A DNA stretch of 64,000 nucleotides from Cyanophora paradoxa CCMP329. Taxonomy: Eukaryota > Plantae > Glaucophyta. The notes beneath the pieces are model-generated. The model ran no database searches. It was given only the letters and a program-made list of their open reading frames with translations, and had not been told where the DNA came from. The stretch lies in NCBI GenBank assembly GCA_004431415.1, contig QPMI01000023.1, forward strand, positions 124,001 through 188,000. The letters are read 5' to 3'. Positions 11,981 to 23,830 of this stretch are shown here, piece by piece. Numbering within the stretch: position 1 is the stretch's first letter; every line of letters starts with the position of its first letter. The translations under genes were made by a program, and so were the position numbers.

Positions 11981-12739
11981 CCTTCGAATTCAACCCCCTC
12001 GGCGGAGTCGAACCCGAGATCCGGCCGAAGATCTCACAGTTCCAGCTAAAGAACGACAGTCTATATCTAGATGTAGATCACTAGATCAAATCTGAATCGT
12101 AGCTCGAAACGGCGCGATAAATCGCCTGTGGATTCGATAAAATCATTGATAATGTTGATGAACTCCGCAGCCGTGACGGGTACAGTGAGAACGGGGCTCG
12201 GACCGCCGCGCGCGCAGCGCTTTAGGCCCTAGGGGCCCCCGGGCCGATCGAAGTTAGGGCTAGCTTGCGGCTTGCCTACTAGTAGCTGTTGCAGCCTGCA
12301 GCTGTACATGTTGCAGCGCCGCGCCGGCGCTGTTGGTCTGCTGCTGCGGCAAAGCCTCTCGTGCTCCCTCCACTGGGCCTCCAGGGCCATCGCGCATACG
12401 CCCCCGGCCCTAGCTATAGGCCTAGGCTGGCCGCGCCGGCGCCTGTCCTTGCAGCGTTACGTATCTGCAGCTGGCTGCGCCATCATGATCAGCTGCAGCT
12501 AGCGCTGCAGCCAGCCATCGCTAGCGCTGGGCGCGGTGCGCATGCGCAACTCTACATTGTACAACAGCCCAGATCTAGAGCCGCTGAGCCGCAGCCGATG
12601 AGCCGTGAGCTCAGTTCAAGCGCAAGCGCGCGTGCGCGCGCAGCTGCAGCGCTCTAGCCGCTGAGCCCATCCCCGGCCTTCGCACCCCGCCGGGCCGCGC
12701 GGGCGGCGGCGCGCTGCGCAGCCTGCAGCTGGGAGCCAC

Positions 12740-15700
12740 ATGAATGGCCATGGCCAGTTCGCAAGATCAGCAGCCGCGCTGCGGGCCTTCGTGCCGGACT
12801 TGGTCGCGCGGAATGTGGGGCAGCTGGCCGCGTCGGGCGCCGAGCCGCTCGCGCTGCCCTTCGATGGCGTCGTGGTCGTGGTCGACATCTCGGGGTCCGT
12901 GGCCCTCGCCCACGCGCTCCAGGTGCAGGAGCGCGGGGCCGCGGTCGGGTTCGACCCCGCCGCCTCCGCGTGCGGGGCCGACGAGCTCTCCACCCGAATG
13001 AACGTGCGCGCGCGCCTCCGCTCGAAACCCGATGGACATGACCGCCCTAAACGCGATCGTACTCACTCATGCGATATCGGTCAGGCTGTCTTCCGCCGCG
13101 TGCTTGAGACCGCCAGGCTCTACCAGGCCGACGCTCTTCGGTGCGTGCGCCGATCCGGATCTCCGCACGCGCCTCGGATCCGGCGCCGCGCTGACACACG
13201 CGCGCGCAGATTCCTGGGCGACGCCGTCCTCTTCATGCTGTACGCCGACCGGGCCGGCGGGATGGCCGCCGCGGCGCTCGCCGCCGCGGACATGGCGGCC
13301 GACGTCCTCGCGGCACAGGCGAGCGGCCAGCGCGCGCCCTCCCGCCCGCGCCGCCGCCGCTCCGTGCTAAAGAGCGCCTCCGCCCCCCGGCCCCCGCGCA
13401 GGTGGATCCGGTTCTGAGGCGCGCGCATGTTTTTCCCTCTCTGCGTCTGCGTCTGCGTGCCCCTGGCCTAGTCCGGCCTGGCGCTCACGCGGGATGCCGG
13501 ATCGGAGCGCAGGCTGCACTGCGCGATCACCGCGGGCGACTACTTCGCGCTCAAGCTGGGCGGGCACGCCGGCCGCTTCGAGGTCGCCGTCGTCGGCCGC
13601 TCCCTCGCCGACCTCGAGGCCGGTCCGCGTGCTCTGCGCGCCACGCCCGCCCGGCCCCGAGCCGGGCCCCCGTCGTGCGCGTCTCCGTGGCTCAGGCCTG
13701 CTGCGCCGCAGGGCTCTCGCGCGCCAAGGCGGGTCAGGTCTCCGTCAGCGGCGCGGTGCGCGCGCTCGGCCATGGCCTGCCGGTCCTTCGAATTCTGGCG
13801 GCCCGAGCGCGGGAGCCCCGCGCGCGCGCAGGTCCTGTCTCTGCTCGGAATCTCTGCACGGCCGGCACAGGCGGGCAGCGCGGCCGCGGGACCCGAGCCG
13901 CGGGAGGTTCCTGCGGACGGCCTCTGGACCACGGATCGCGCGGAGCTTCTGCGGGCCCTCGGGAGGGTCAGGGCGTCGGCCGCGCAGCGCGCCCGGCGGC
14001 CTCCGCCCTCCGCCTCTTCCATCCAGGTGCGACGCCGCATGCAGCCTGGCAGGGGCGGGTCTCCGCGCCCGGCGGCCCTCACCCTCCCGTGCCAGGCCTC
14101 GCGGCCCCCAAGCGCTAGCGGCGGCGTCGGCGGCGGGCCGGACTTCACGCCCTACATACCCCCCGACGTCGAGGCCGTCCTCCGCTCGGACTCGGGGCGC
14201 GTACCCCCTCCCGATCCCATCCATCACCTCGCACCCTCCCCCTCCCCCCCCTTCCCCATTCCCCCCCCTCCCCGCCCCACACCACCCTCCCCTCCCCTCG
14301 CCCCTCCTCTCCCCCCCCTCTCCCCCCCGCCCCTTCGCCCCTCGCAGCGTCCCGCTCCTGATCGGAGCGCGCGCGGCGCAGGTTTATCAGGGAGCTGCGG
14401 ATCATCACGTCGCTCTTCCTGCGCTTCGAAGAGTTCGCGTGCCCGCCGGCCGGCGCCGGCGGCTTCGAGCAGGCGAGCGGCGCAGCCCGCCCGGTTGCGC
14501 GTGCTGGCGTGGGTCTGACGCGCGCGCGGCCGGGGCCGGGGGCAGGACTCCCTCCGGGACCTCAGCCGGCGCGTTCGCATCGCGCAGGCGGTGGCCGCTA
14601 AGTACGGCGCAGTCATCCGCGCCTTCTTCCGAGGTCCGCGATCGCGAAGCCCGCCCGCGCGCCCTCGCGACTGCGGCGCCGGCGTTCATTGGCGCTCCCA
14701 GACGACAAGGGGTTCGTCGGCCTGATGACGTTCGGCCTGTTCGGATCGGCCCACACGGACGACCCCTTCCGTGCCATAAAATGCGCCCTGCGAATACGCG
14801 ACGCCTTTGCAGAGGAGGTTCGCGAGTCGAGCTCTATTTGGGACCCGGCGGCGTTCTCGGGCGTCGAGTCTCGATATAGATCTAATTTGATCTGATCTGA
14901 TCTGATCTGACGGCGGCCCCCCAGGACCTCGGGGCGGTCTCGATTGGCATTGCGACGGGGCGGGTGTTCGGGGGGCTCGTAGGGGACGAATTCCGATGCG
15001 AGTACAACGGTGCGGGAGCTGGCCGCGGCAGCCATGCCTGCGCTCACTCTGCCCTGTGTGCATCTTGTGCAGTCCTCGGCGATGCGGTCAACACGGCGGC
15101 GAGGTGGGCGATGTCGATGTTAGACATTAATCCAAGCGCCTCGTGCCAGATCGCAGCTCTAGATCTGACCTCTGCGCGCAGGCTGATGGCGGTGCAAAGG
15201 GGGCAGATAATCGTGGACACGGCCACGCGGGAAGGGGCAGACACGGACCGGAATGTTGAGGCGGAGGCCCTCGCCCCTCTCGATCTGAAGGCGCCTCGCC
15301 CATCTTTGAAAACACTGTGAAATATGCATGAAGGTTTGACTTGTGGTCTGATCGCGATTCCTCGCAGGGAAAGCGCGGCCCCATGCAAGCTTTTCGAGTC
15401 GACGCCAGGCGCCATCAACGCCACGATCACGCGCGGCACAGCCTGCGCGGCACGCTGCAGATAGCGGTGGCGCTCGCCGGCGCGTTGGCGCAGGCGAGCG
15501 ACGCGGGAGACGACTCGTCGGACCCGGACGACGAGGCTCTGGAGTGGGGCGACTGCGAGTACGAGCTGGTTCGCGATTCGCGACTCGCGCCCGTCCCCGC
15601 CCTCGACTGCTCCCAGGCTCAAGCTCGCACATGTACAGGGCAGCGAGAGCGGCCGGCCGCGGAGCAAGTCGCTCTCGTCGCGGGCGCGGCGGTCGCTGAT

Positions 15701-18700
15701 CGTGGACGAGGCGGAGCGGCACATGTACAGCCGCTCGGGCTCGCTCGCCGCCGGGCGTGTCAGCGACGAGTGGATGCCGGGCATGGGCGCGGCGCTCGCC
15801 GCCCGCATCCGCGCCGCGGCAGGCGGTCCGGAGTCCTGCGTCCGCGGCAGGCCAGCCGCCCTCGACGCTCTCTCCGAGTTCCTCGGGAGCGGTGCGCCCC
15901 GGCCCTTCTCGCCCGCTTCTGCGACGCTGTGCCGACTCTCTCTTGGGACCAGCGGCGTGGAAGCCTGCCGGCGCCGGACTTTTGCTGGTGTTGGGCGAGC
16001 CTGGGTCAGGTGCGAGCTCCGCTGATGCCTCAACCTCCCGCCGTCGTGCATCGACGCCAGCGCTGTGCGCGCAGGCAAGTCCGAGATCGCGCGCGAGTGC
16101 CGCAGGCTGGCAGACTTCGCAGAGCTGCCGTACCTGGCCGCATCCGGCGACGCGCTGGAGGTGTCCCGGTGCCCCCCGCCCTCCCTCCCTTCTCTGCGTG
16201 CGCAGTCGCGACGCCTCCAACTGACGCGAGCGCTCGCGTTTCCCGATCAGGCCCTTCCACGCTTTCGGAAACCTGCTGTGGTATCTGGTCGATTTGGCGA
16301 ATTCGAACAAGGTGAGGTCACGTTCGTCGTCCTGCGGGGTGCGCCGCTTGGAACCCCGGCCCCGCACATTGATTGGCGTGCACGTACGCGTGCGAGCCGC
16401 CTCAAATCCACTCAGGAAACCGAATACGCCACCGACGCCAAGACGGAGGCGAGGCTAAGCCAGCCGACACGACGTACGCGGGAGGCGGGGCTCTCGGTGG
16501 CCCGCCCAAGAGCAAAAGCGAGATCGCCGACCAAGCAACACCTCTCCCGTGCTCGCAGCCGACGCTCCAGGCAGTGCCGCTCCCTTCCTGTGCGCCTGCA
16601 GCCGCTGGGACAGCAGCGGACCCGCCTGCTTCGTCTGCGCATGCAAAGCCTGTGCTTCGAATTCGAAGGCCATCTCGAAGATTGTCTCTGGTGGAGGATC
16701 GCAACACGGGATCGCCCATACATGGGCCCGGGTTTTATGCCGCCCCAGCGCTAGCGCTACGCGGACCGAGAGCGTTCAAACCTGCGCATCGCGCCTCATC
16801 ACTGCGATCGACCCTGCGTTGGCCTCGAGCCACAACTGCGCGGTACGCCGCTTCTCGTCAATCGTGCACATGGGTTTGAGAAAGAATATTGACGGCCTGG
16901 CGGGTAACATTGGGTTCGACCAGATTCTGACGGAGGCACTCTTGCTCAGCTTGCCGGAAGGCGGCCCCAACTGCAGCGATCGGCAGCAGGGGGTGCGAAC
17001 TTGCGAGACTCGTGTCACTCAAAGGAGTGCGCTGAATTCGTCCTTCGACAGGAGTCGGCCACCGGTACCAGCGGGGAGGCCGCGCTCATGTTTCTGGGCG
17101 AGCTCATCGCCGCTGTGCTCAGGGGCCTTCGGGTGGGCTTTAATTTTTGTGCCGTCCATCGCAAGCATCTGCGTGACGCTTGCATGTATGAATTCAATTT
17201 AGGCCATACTTGTCGCCGAGGATCTACACCACATGGATAGCTTGTCTGTCAGGTGGACGCAGCGCTTTAATTAATTGCAGTCCGCGCTTTTTTATGCTAA
17301 TCGGGCCCGTCTCCTCGCCCAGACTGATTCGCAACCTCGCGCTGCGGTCGTGCGCTATTGCGACGCGTCCTTCAGATTTGGAGTTCTGGTTGCGCTCCTG
17401 TTCGGATTTTCACTTTTTGACTATGTCCGTATCTGCAGGGGCACGTCGATTCTTGCTACAAGCCGGAGCTTGCATGCCGTGTCGGAGCAGCTTTCCGCCC
17501 TGAAATTCAGGTGCTTGTCGTCTTATGTAATTACGGGTTTCTGGTGGGCGGCGACACTGAAACGCCGCCGGCTAGCCCTCGGAGTAAAACGCTGACGCTC
17601 TCTCCGCTATCCCCTGGAGGTAATCAGCCGCGATGTAGCGAGTGCGCATGTGCGCCTGATTATGTACATGTGTCGCAATCAGACGCTCGACAAGTCCTCG
17701 CGCTGCAGCTGAATGTGAAAGACCCAGAGCTCGTAAGCGACGCGCGCGCCTTCTGTCGTATATTATCGATTCGCGATTCAACCTTCCTTCCCTCAGATCC
17801 CAACTTGGCTCGCCTTGGCACTTTGCACCGCCGCCCAAGGAAATGCGTTTGCAATTTCGGAAGCGCGCTGAGCCTCCCCCCCCCCCCCCCCCCCCCCCAC
17901 CCACCCACCCCACCCCCCCCTCCACCTCCCCACCCCCACCCCCCACCCACCCACCCATGTCTTACAGCAATGATGCACTAATCGCGTCACGGCAGATTGC
18001 CCACTACATGGTCCGCCGTGAACTGCTGAAAGTCCGGGGCGGCAATCCTTGGACCGGCGAGGTGATTGTCGGCTTCTGTAAATTAAATGAAGCGCTCGGT
18101 TAATTACGCGTCCATTTTAAATTTGTCTCGCATGCGCAGGGGCCCTCGGTGGAGGTCCATGCCTCCGTCCGTGCCGATGCTGACAAGGGCGGGTGCGCGG
18201 GTTGCTCTGACCACGAATCCGCTTCTGCTTCGCCCGGCGCGCGCTGAGCGAGCTCGCGGTCGCGCATGCGCGGCACGCAGGCTCTCCATCGTCCCTGACA
18301 CGCTCGAGCGCCTCATTGTGTCCCGCCTGGAAGGACTCCCGGCCTTCGTTGCCAACGTCGCCAAGCGCTGCAGCGTCCTCGTGCGCACACGCACGCCATC
18401 GCGGGTGGCCTTGAACGGAGCAGCGGTGACCACCGTTGCCTCCATCCGCGCAGGGCGCTCGATTCTCGGTTCCGCTGGCTCTCTACGCCCTCGCGGAGGA
18501 CTCCGAAGACGCGGCGTTGATTGACGCTCTAGTTCAGGCGCGCCACTCGAGCAGCAGATCTAGAGAACGACGTGCTGTCGCTTGCGCTTTTTGACACTTA
18601 CGCTTCCGCAGCTCGAAGCGGCCGGCATTTTTAGGCGGCTGGACATGGCGAGCAGTAGTGCTGCTACTAGTACAGGGGCGTACGCTTTTGTGCAGGTGCG

Positions 18701-21700
18701 ACCTGCGCTTCAGCTTGTGTATGGAGATTTACTTGGTTGGTCTCAATATTAATCTTTCTGCAGCCGCTCGTTGCGGAAGTTTGCTATCGAGTGCGCATCC
18801 ATTTGCTTGGTTGTATGCATGCTATCCAACTTCATGTCTAAGGACCCTCTTCAGATTATCAATTCTCACGATCGCAATCGATTGCATGGGCGCGCTTACG
18901 ATTGGCTGACCCAGAACGTGGCCAACGGATCGCCAGCCGTCAATGCGGCTACAATCGCATGTGCGCTTCAATACGTTTCCGAGCAACTCTATAGCCTAGT
19001 AGTGCCGCTTCTACTGGATCTTATGCCTCCTCAGATCATTGGCTTCGGAGTGGGCGAAAGCTCAGTGGCTTGCTGCACGTCGATGTGGCCGCGGAAGCTG
19101 CCTACCACGCGGGAGCGTACATCGAGGTGCGTCGAAAAACTTCGTCTGACAACTTGGTCGGCCAAGGTTGTCGATCCGCCGTACTGACGCGCGCTGCAGG
19201 CAGCGGACTTGTGCCAGCGCGCCCTATCCGTCTTCGATGCGGAAAGGCCTTCGCTGCCCGCCGAGGTGCAGGCGATTCAGGACCTGGCCGCCGCCCGCCG
19301 CCTCGCGATTCTCTCGGACTGCCATTTTCGCATGGGCCATTTTGCGGCCGCCTTGAAGGTGCCCTCGCGCCCTGCTTCGGGCTTCTTATTCTTCGTACGA
19401 AGCTTTTCCCAGACTGGGAATCGATTGCTCGGACTGCTCGGCCTTCCGACGGCGGATCAGGCGCCCGTCTTTTGGGGTGTTTTGACTACAATGGCACGGG
19501 TCAGCCGGCGCGGGCCGGTGCGGGGGACCAATTCCCCGAAAGAGACTGGAATTCTCGACGAGTCGTCCAAGCGCGCGATTCTGCTCGAGTTCTTGCCAGT
19601 AATGTTCCATGCGCTGGTTCGAGTTTTGTTCGTGTTCAAGCGGTCGCGGCCGATTGCGCCCACTCGCAGCACAACGACAGCGATCCTCTCGCCGCGCTGT
19701 ACTATTCCGTGAAGCATGCGGAGGTGCCGCGCCTTGCGCGCGTGCTTCAGCCATTTGTTTTCTTACGGTGAAATCTCAGTTGGCAATGGGGAGCTCCAAT
19801 CCATCGCACTTTGTTGAAGGCTGCACGCTCATGTGAGTGATTGTGGATTTGCAGCCACACCCGGCGCTTCTCTCGACGCGAGCCGACTTCCACGTTTCAG
19901 GGGCGCTGTAACATTCTCGACGGGGAAGCACAAGCAGATGGCGCGCTGGTTCGGCGCCGCCGAGGCTGCTCTGGCCAGCGGCGGTGTCTCCCTCCGAGCG
20001 GATGAGATCTTTACTGTGGACAGGGTGTGCCGCGCGCGATTGCGATGCGAAGCCCGCGACTTTCCATGCTTGGTCCGCCCTGAGCACGGGCGCCTCAGAT
20101 GATGGCTTCGTTCTTCAGCGCCGACTTGGCGGACGCGGAGCGCCGCGCCGACGAGGCGGTGCCAAAGGTGCAGCGCCAGCGCCAGCGCTAGCTGCAGTTT
20201 TCCTGTGGCCGGCGCTGGCCGATGACGCGCGTGCGGTCGCCAGTTTCGGCTCGTCGGGAACACAGCAGGACAGATGATCACCATCGTGCTTCAGTCTTCT
20301 TCTGGCCTGCTCTTCCTTCATTTGTCTGAAGCCATCGTTTGCTCGCTGCAGCTCACTGCCGGCCACGCCGCGGCCATGCGAGGGCGCGCCGCGGACGCCG
20401 CGCGCATGTACGCCAAGGTGATCGAGCTGTCCAAGGCCTTCGAATTCGGAGAGTCGCACTACGCGGCAATCGGGTGCGTTCCATTTCGCGGCTGTTCACC
20501 TCGCGACGTGGAGCCGAATCCCGCGGTCCGCTTTCTGTCAGGTTCATGTCGCTGGCCGGGACGATGCTGGAGTTTGGCGGGTCGCTGGACGAGGCCCAGA
20601 ACATGCTGCGGAATGCGAGGGGCCAGTTCAAGGACGAGGAAGGCTTCCGCAGCCGGAAGGTACGCGCGATCCGCACAGAGTCTAGAGCAGCGCAGCCGCA
20701 GTGGCGAACCAAACGTTTTGGGGTTGCAGGGCATCCGCCTTCAGTACCACGCACTCCTCGCCGCGATTCTCGATCGCCAAGGCCGCAGCGCGGTGCGGAG
20801 GTTCCCGCCCCCCTCTCTCACCGCGAGACAGCTAATCCGAAGGATCCGGAGAGCAGGAAGCTAGGCAGGAGGCGGACAACGCCGTTGACGCCATCTTGGA
20901 GCACCGGTATGTGCGCGGCATCGGTCGGGTGCGCCCTTGAGCTTGAACACGAGTTTTTTTTCCGGCGATTATGCGATGGCCCGCACGCGCGTGTGTCCAT
21001 GAAGCGCTGACCTGTGCCCAGGCGGCGCCCGCGGACGGCCTCACGAACCACTGCCTCGTCCTGGTGCGGCCCGCGCCCGCCTCCTGGCCCGTCGCGCGAA
21101 CCCAGCCGGCTGCAAACTTGATGCCGCTCACGCCACTCGGCGCAGCTCGTTCGGCACTACGCACTTTTGGAGCACGCACAGCGATCCAGTCCGCGGATCG
21201 TGGCTGAGACGGCGCCTGTCGGGGCACCCGTCGCCGGCGTCGTGGCGCCGCAGCAGGCGAAGCCGGCCTCCTCCGACACCGAAGACGCTGGTGCCGGCAC
21301 GGCGGGGGCGACGGAAGGGGGCGGCCCCGGGCCCTCTGTGCGGTCCGGCTGGAGCGCACTCCTCGCGGACATCGACTTGATTGCTCTGCGCCGCGACTCG
21401 GCGTGGTCCAACGTCGGCTCGTCGCGAGCCCCCACGTCGACCGTCTCTCCGCTCGCGGCGTCCATGCCGGCGCCGGCGCCTGCGAGCGCGCCGTCGGCGC
21501 TCGATCTCGAGGCGCGCCCAGCGGAGGCTCCTCTCGCGAAGGCGCGACCCGCGTCGGCGCCGGCGCCGTCGTCGGCAGAGCAGCGTCCGGATGCAAGGCG
21601 GCCTCGGGCGCCGCTGGACGCGATACGCGAGTGCGTGGCGGTGCTGGAGACGAGCGCCGGCGGCTTTCCGGTCGTGCGGCCGGTGCTGGCGTGGGCCAAG

Positions 21701-21961
21701 GCGGCCCAGGGCGCCGCGCGGGCCGCCTCGGCCTCGCTGCAGCTCCTCCGCCGCTTCCGCCTCGCCGGCGCTGCAAAGCAGCTGCGCAAGGCCGCCGAGG
21801 GCGCGGCGGCCGCCGGCCTGACGACGTACGAGGCGCTCTGCTGGCACGAGCTCTCCGTCCTCTCCGGCGACCCCCGCGAGCGCGCCGCCGCAGCCGAGCG
21901 GGCTGGCGCCGCGCGCGCCCGCATGCAGCCGCTCGCCACGTCCAGCCGGAGCGCCCGCTGA
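12740..21961 (+). CDS. Soluble adenylyl cyclase (ADCY10/SWACOS)-like protein 1: two class III cyclase domains + STAND NTPase + TPR-like helical C-terminus
   Basis: C1: VVVVDISGS, ALR-FLGDA. C2: DDKGFVGLMTFGL..AHTDDPFRA, IGIATGRVFGGLVG..RCEYN-VLGDAVNTAAR-LM, LDLK-GKRGP. Walker A LVLGEPGS-GKS (about 15985-16080), Walker B ILVAEDLHHMD (about 17205-17240), GGNP (about 18040), VPDTLERLIVSRLEGL. Ala-rich helical tail to the stop at 21961. Confidence 0.88.
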
Positions 21962-22907
21962 TATTCGCGATTCAGAAATTCGTCATGGGCTTTGCCCACC
22001 TCGATTCCCCCATCGGGGGCTTCGCCCAGCTCGATGATCATGATTGCATTCGCATCGAATTATCGATATCCTTTTTAGATGTTTCTTCGCTAGATTATAA
22101 CTAAATAGTCTAAGGCACATGTACACTACTATGCCGCTGAGAAGTCACGGGCCTCTCTCCTTTTAAACGCCCACTCGATTTTCCCAGCTCGCGATCGGGC
22201 TTCGCCAAGCTCGATGATCGCCTTCAATAATCGATATATGTCCTTTTTATTGCCGCTGCCCTCGTTCATGGGCTTCTAGTTCCGGCGCTGGACTCTTTCA
22301 AACGTGATCATAAACGTAGTTGCACATCAACAAGTATGAATAGTTTCATAAAGTGTAGTTGTAGATACATATATATTGCACCTCAACTAATATAAACTAC
22401 TCATTGTGAACAATACTTGCACGCGATATCCGCGATATATCCGCAGTCTCGAATTCGAATCCCACGATCGTGAGGCGGTACCCGCCGGCCTGTGACAAGC
22501 AAGTGTCCCATGCCGTCATGCATATGATCAGGACCTTCAAATTTTGCGCTTTTTTCGGCTTTAAAATTTAGAACCTCCAGTGCCTCCTTACTACTAGATC
22601 TTCGACTCGCCCCCGCCCCCTGCTCGTCTCAGGATGTGCAAGGTGGGGTCTAAATAAACGAAGCCGGCATCTGCAGGCTCAGCGGCTGCAGCTAGCGCTC
22701 GCTAGGCGAGTTCAGAACTGGGGGGGGGGGGGGGTCGGGGGGGGGGGGGGGGGGTTCGTGTCGGAACTGAATTCGAAATTTCAAGTTGCCGGAGAAATAT
22801 ATGCGCAGCACTTCGAAAAATTCCGAGATTAATGCATATGGACGCCGCAATTGCGATCTGGCGAAATTAATTACATAACTCGCATCGCGTGCAGCACGAA
22901 GCTCTCG

Positions 22908-23376
22908 ATGCTTCTGGACAGCACCAACAATGCCTACAACTACACCTTCTCCGGCACCGAGGAGCTGTGGAGCCAGCTCTTCCAGGACAAGGGCGAGGTC
23001 ACCGCCGCCGAGGTCCAGAGCGCCAGCTCTTCCGGCGTCTCGAACGGCATGGAAAAGTACGACGCCCTAGGCGACCAGGACGGGAACCTGGACAAGGCCG
23101 AGTTCCTGCTCTGCCGCGATCCGATCGAAGTCCCCATCGAGTCGGAGGTGCTGCCGCTCTCGGACACGACTACTGCTCCAAGCACACCCACGGTTCGCGG
23201 ATACTATCGCCCGTTATAATTCATCCGCGCCCGAGTTGACGTTCGCGCTGTCGACCGCCCCCCAGGAGGACTTCTCGTACAAGATTGCGGAGGCGGATGT
23301 CGAGTTTGCCGAGGACGCTGCGGCCGAGGAGGCCGCCGCCGCGGCGGCGGAGCTCGCCTTCGCCGACGACCAGTGA
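22908..23376 (+). CDS. Small acidic protein with one EF-hand-like loop (5' end uncertain)
   Basis: Codon-biased exon MLLDSTNNAYNYTFSGTEELWSQLFQDKGEV...DQDGNLDKAEF (12-residue EF-loop pattern). Second exon EDFSYKIAEADVEF...FADDQ-TGA (23374-23376). Confidence 0.5.
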
Positions 23377-23830
23377 TCATTAGGCCTCGAGCTGCGCATC
23401 CGGGCAGAGATGATCATGAGCCTCGGAGCGTTGTGTGCCGAGAAACTGCTGTCATTGATTTCTCGTGATTTTGTTGCTTTGTGAATAATATCGATATCGA
23501 TCACAACACCTCGAGCTCCTAGGGTATATGTACATAGTACCAGCCAGTGGGGGATTCGCGGGGGCTGATCATGAGGCGGATCCGGAGGTGAGGGGGCCAG
23601 CCAGGCAGGTCTCGGTAGTCGGGGGCCTGGCCGGACGAGGCAGACATGCGTACGGTTGCAGCTTCTCACGATCATGCATACGCTTAAACAATGAAAGCGC
23701 GAATTTAAAGCCCGTGCACGGGGCCATCGTTTGCGCATGCGGATCTTCAGCTTCTGCAACATTCAATTTGCAACGCTGTCAATATATTCGACAAAAGCAG
23801 AGGGCGCGACAGGGGTCAATATCTCTAGAT

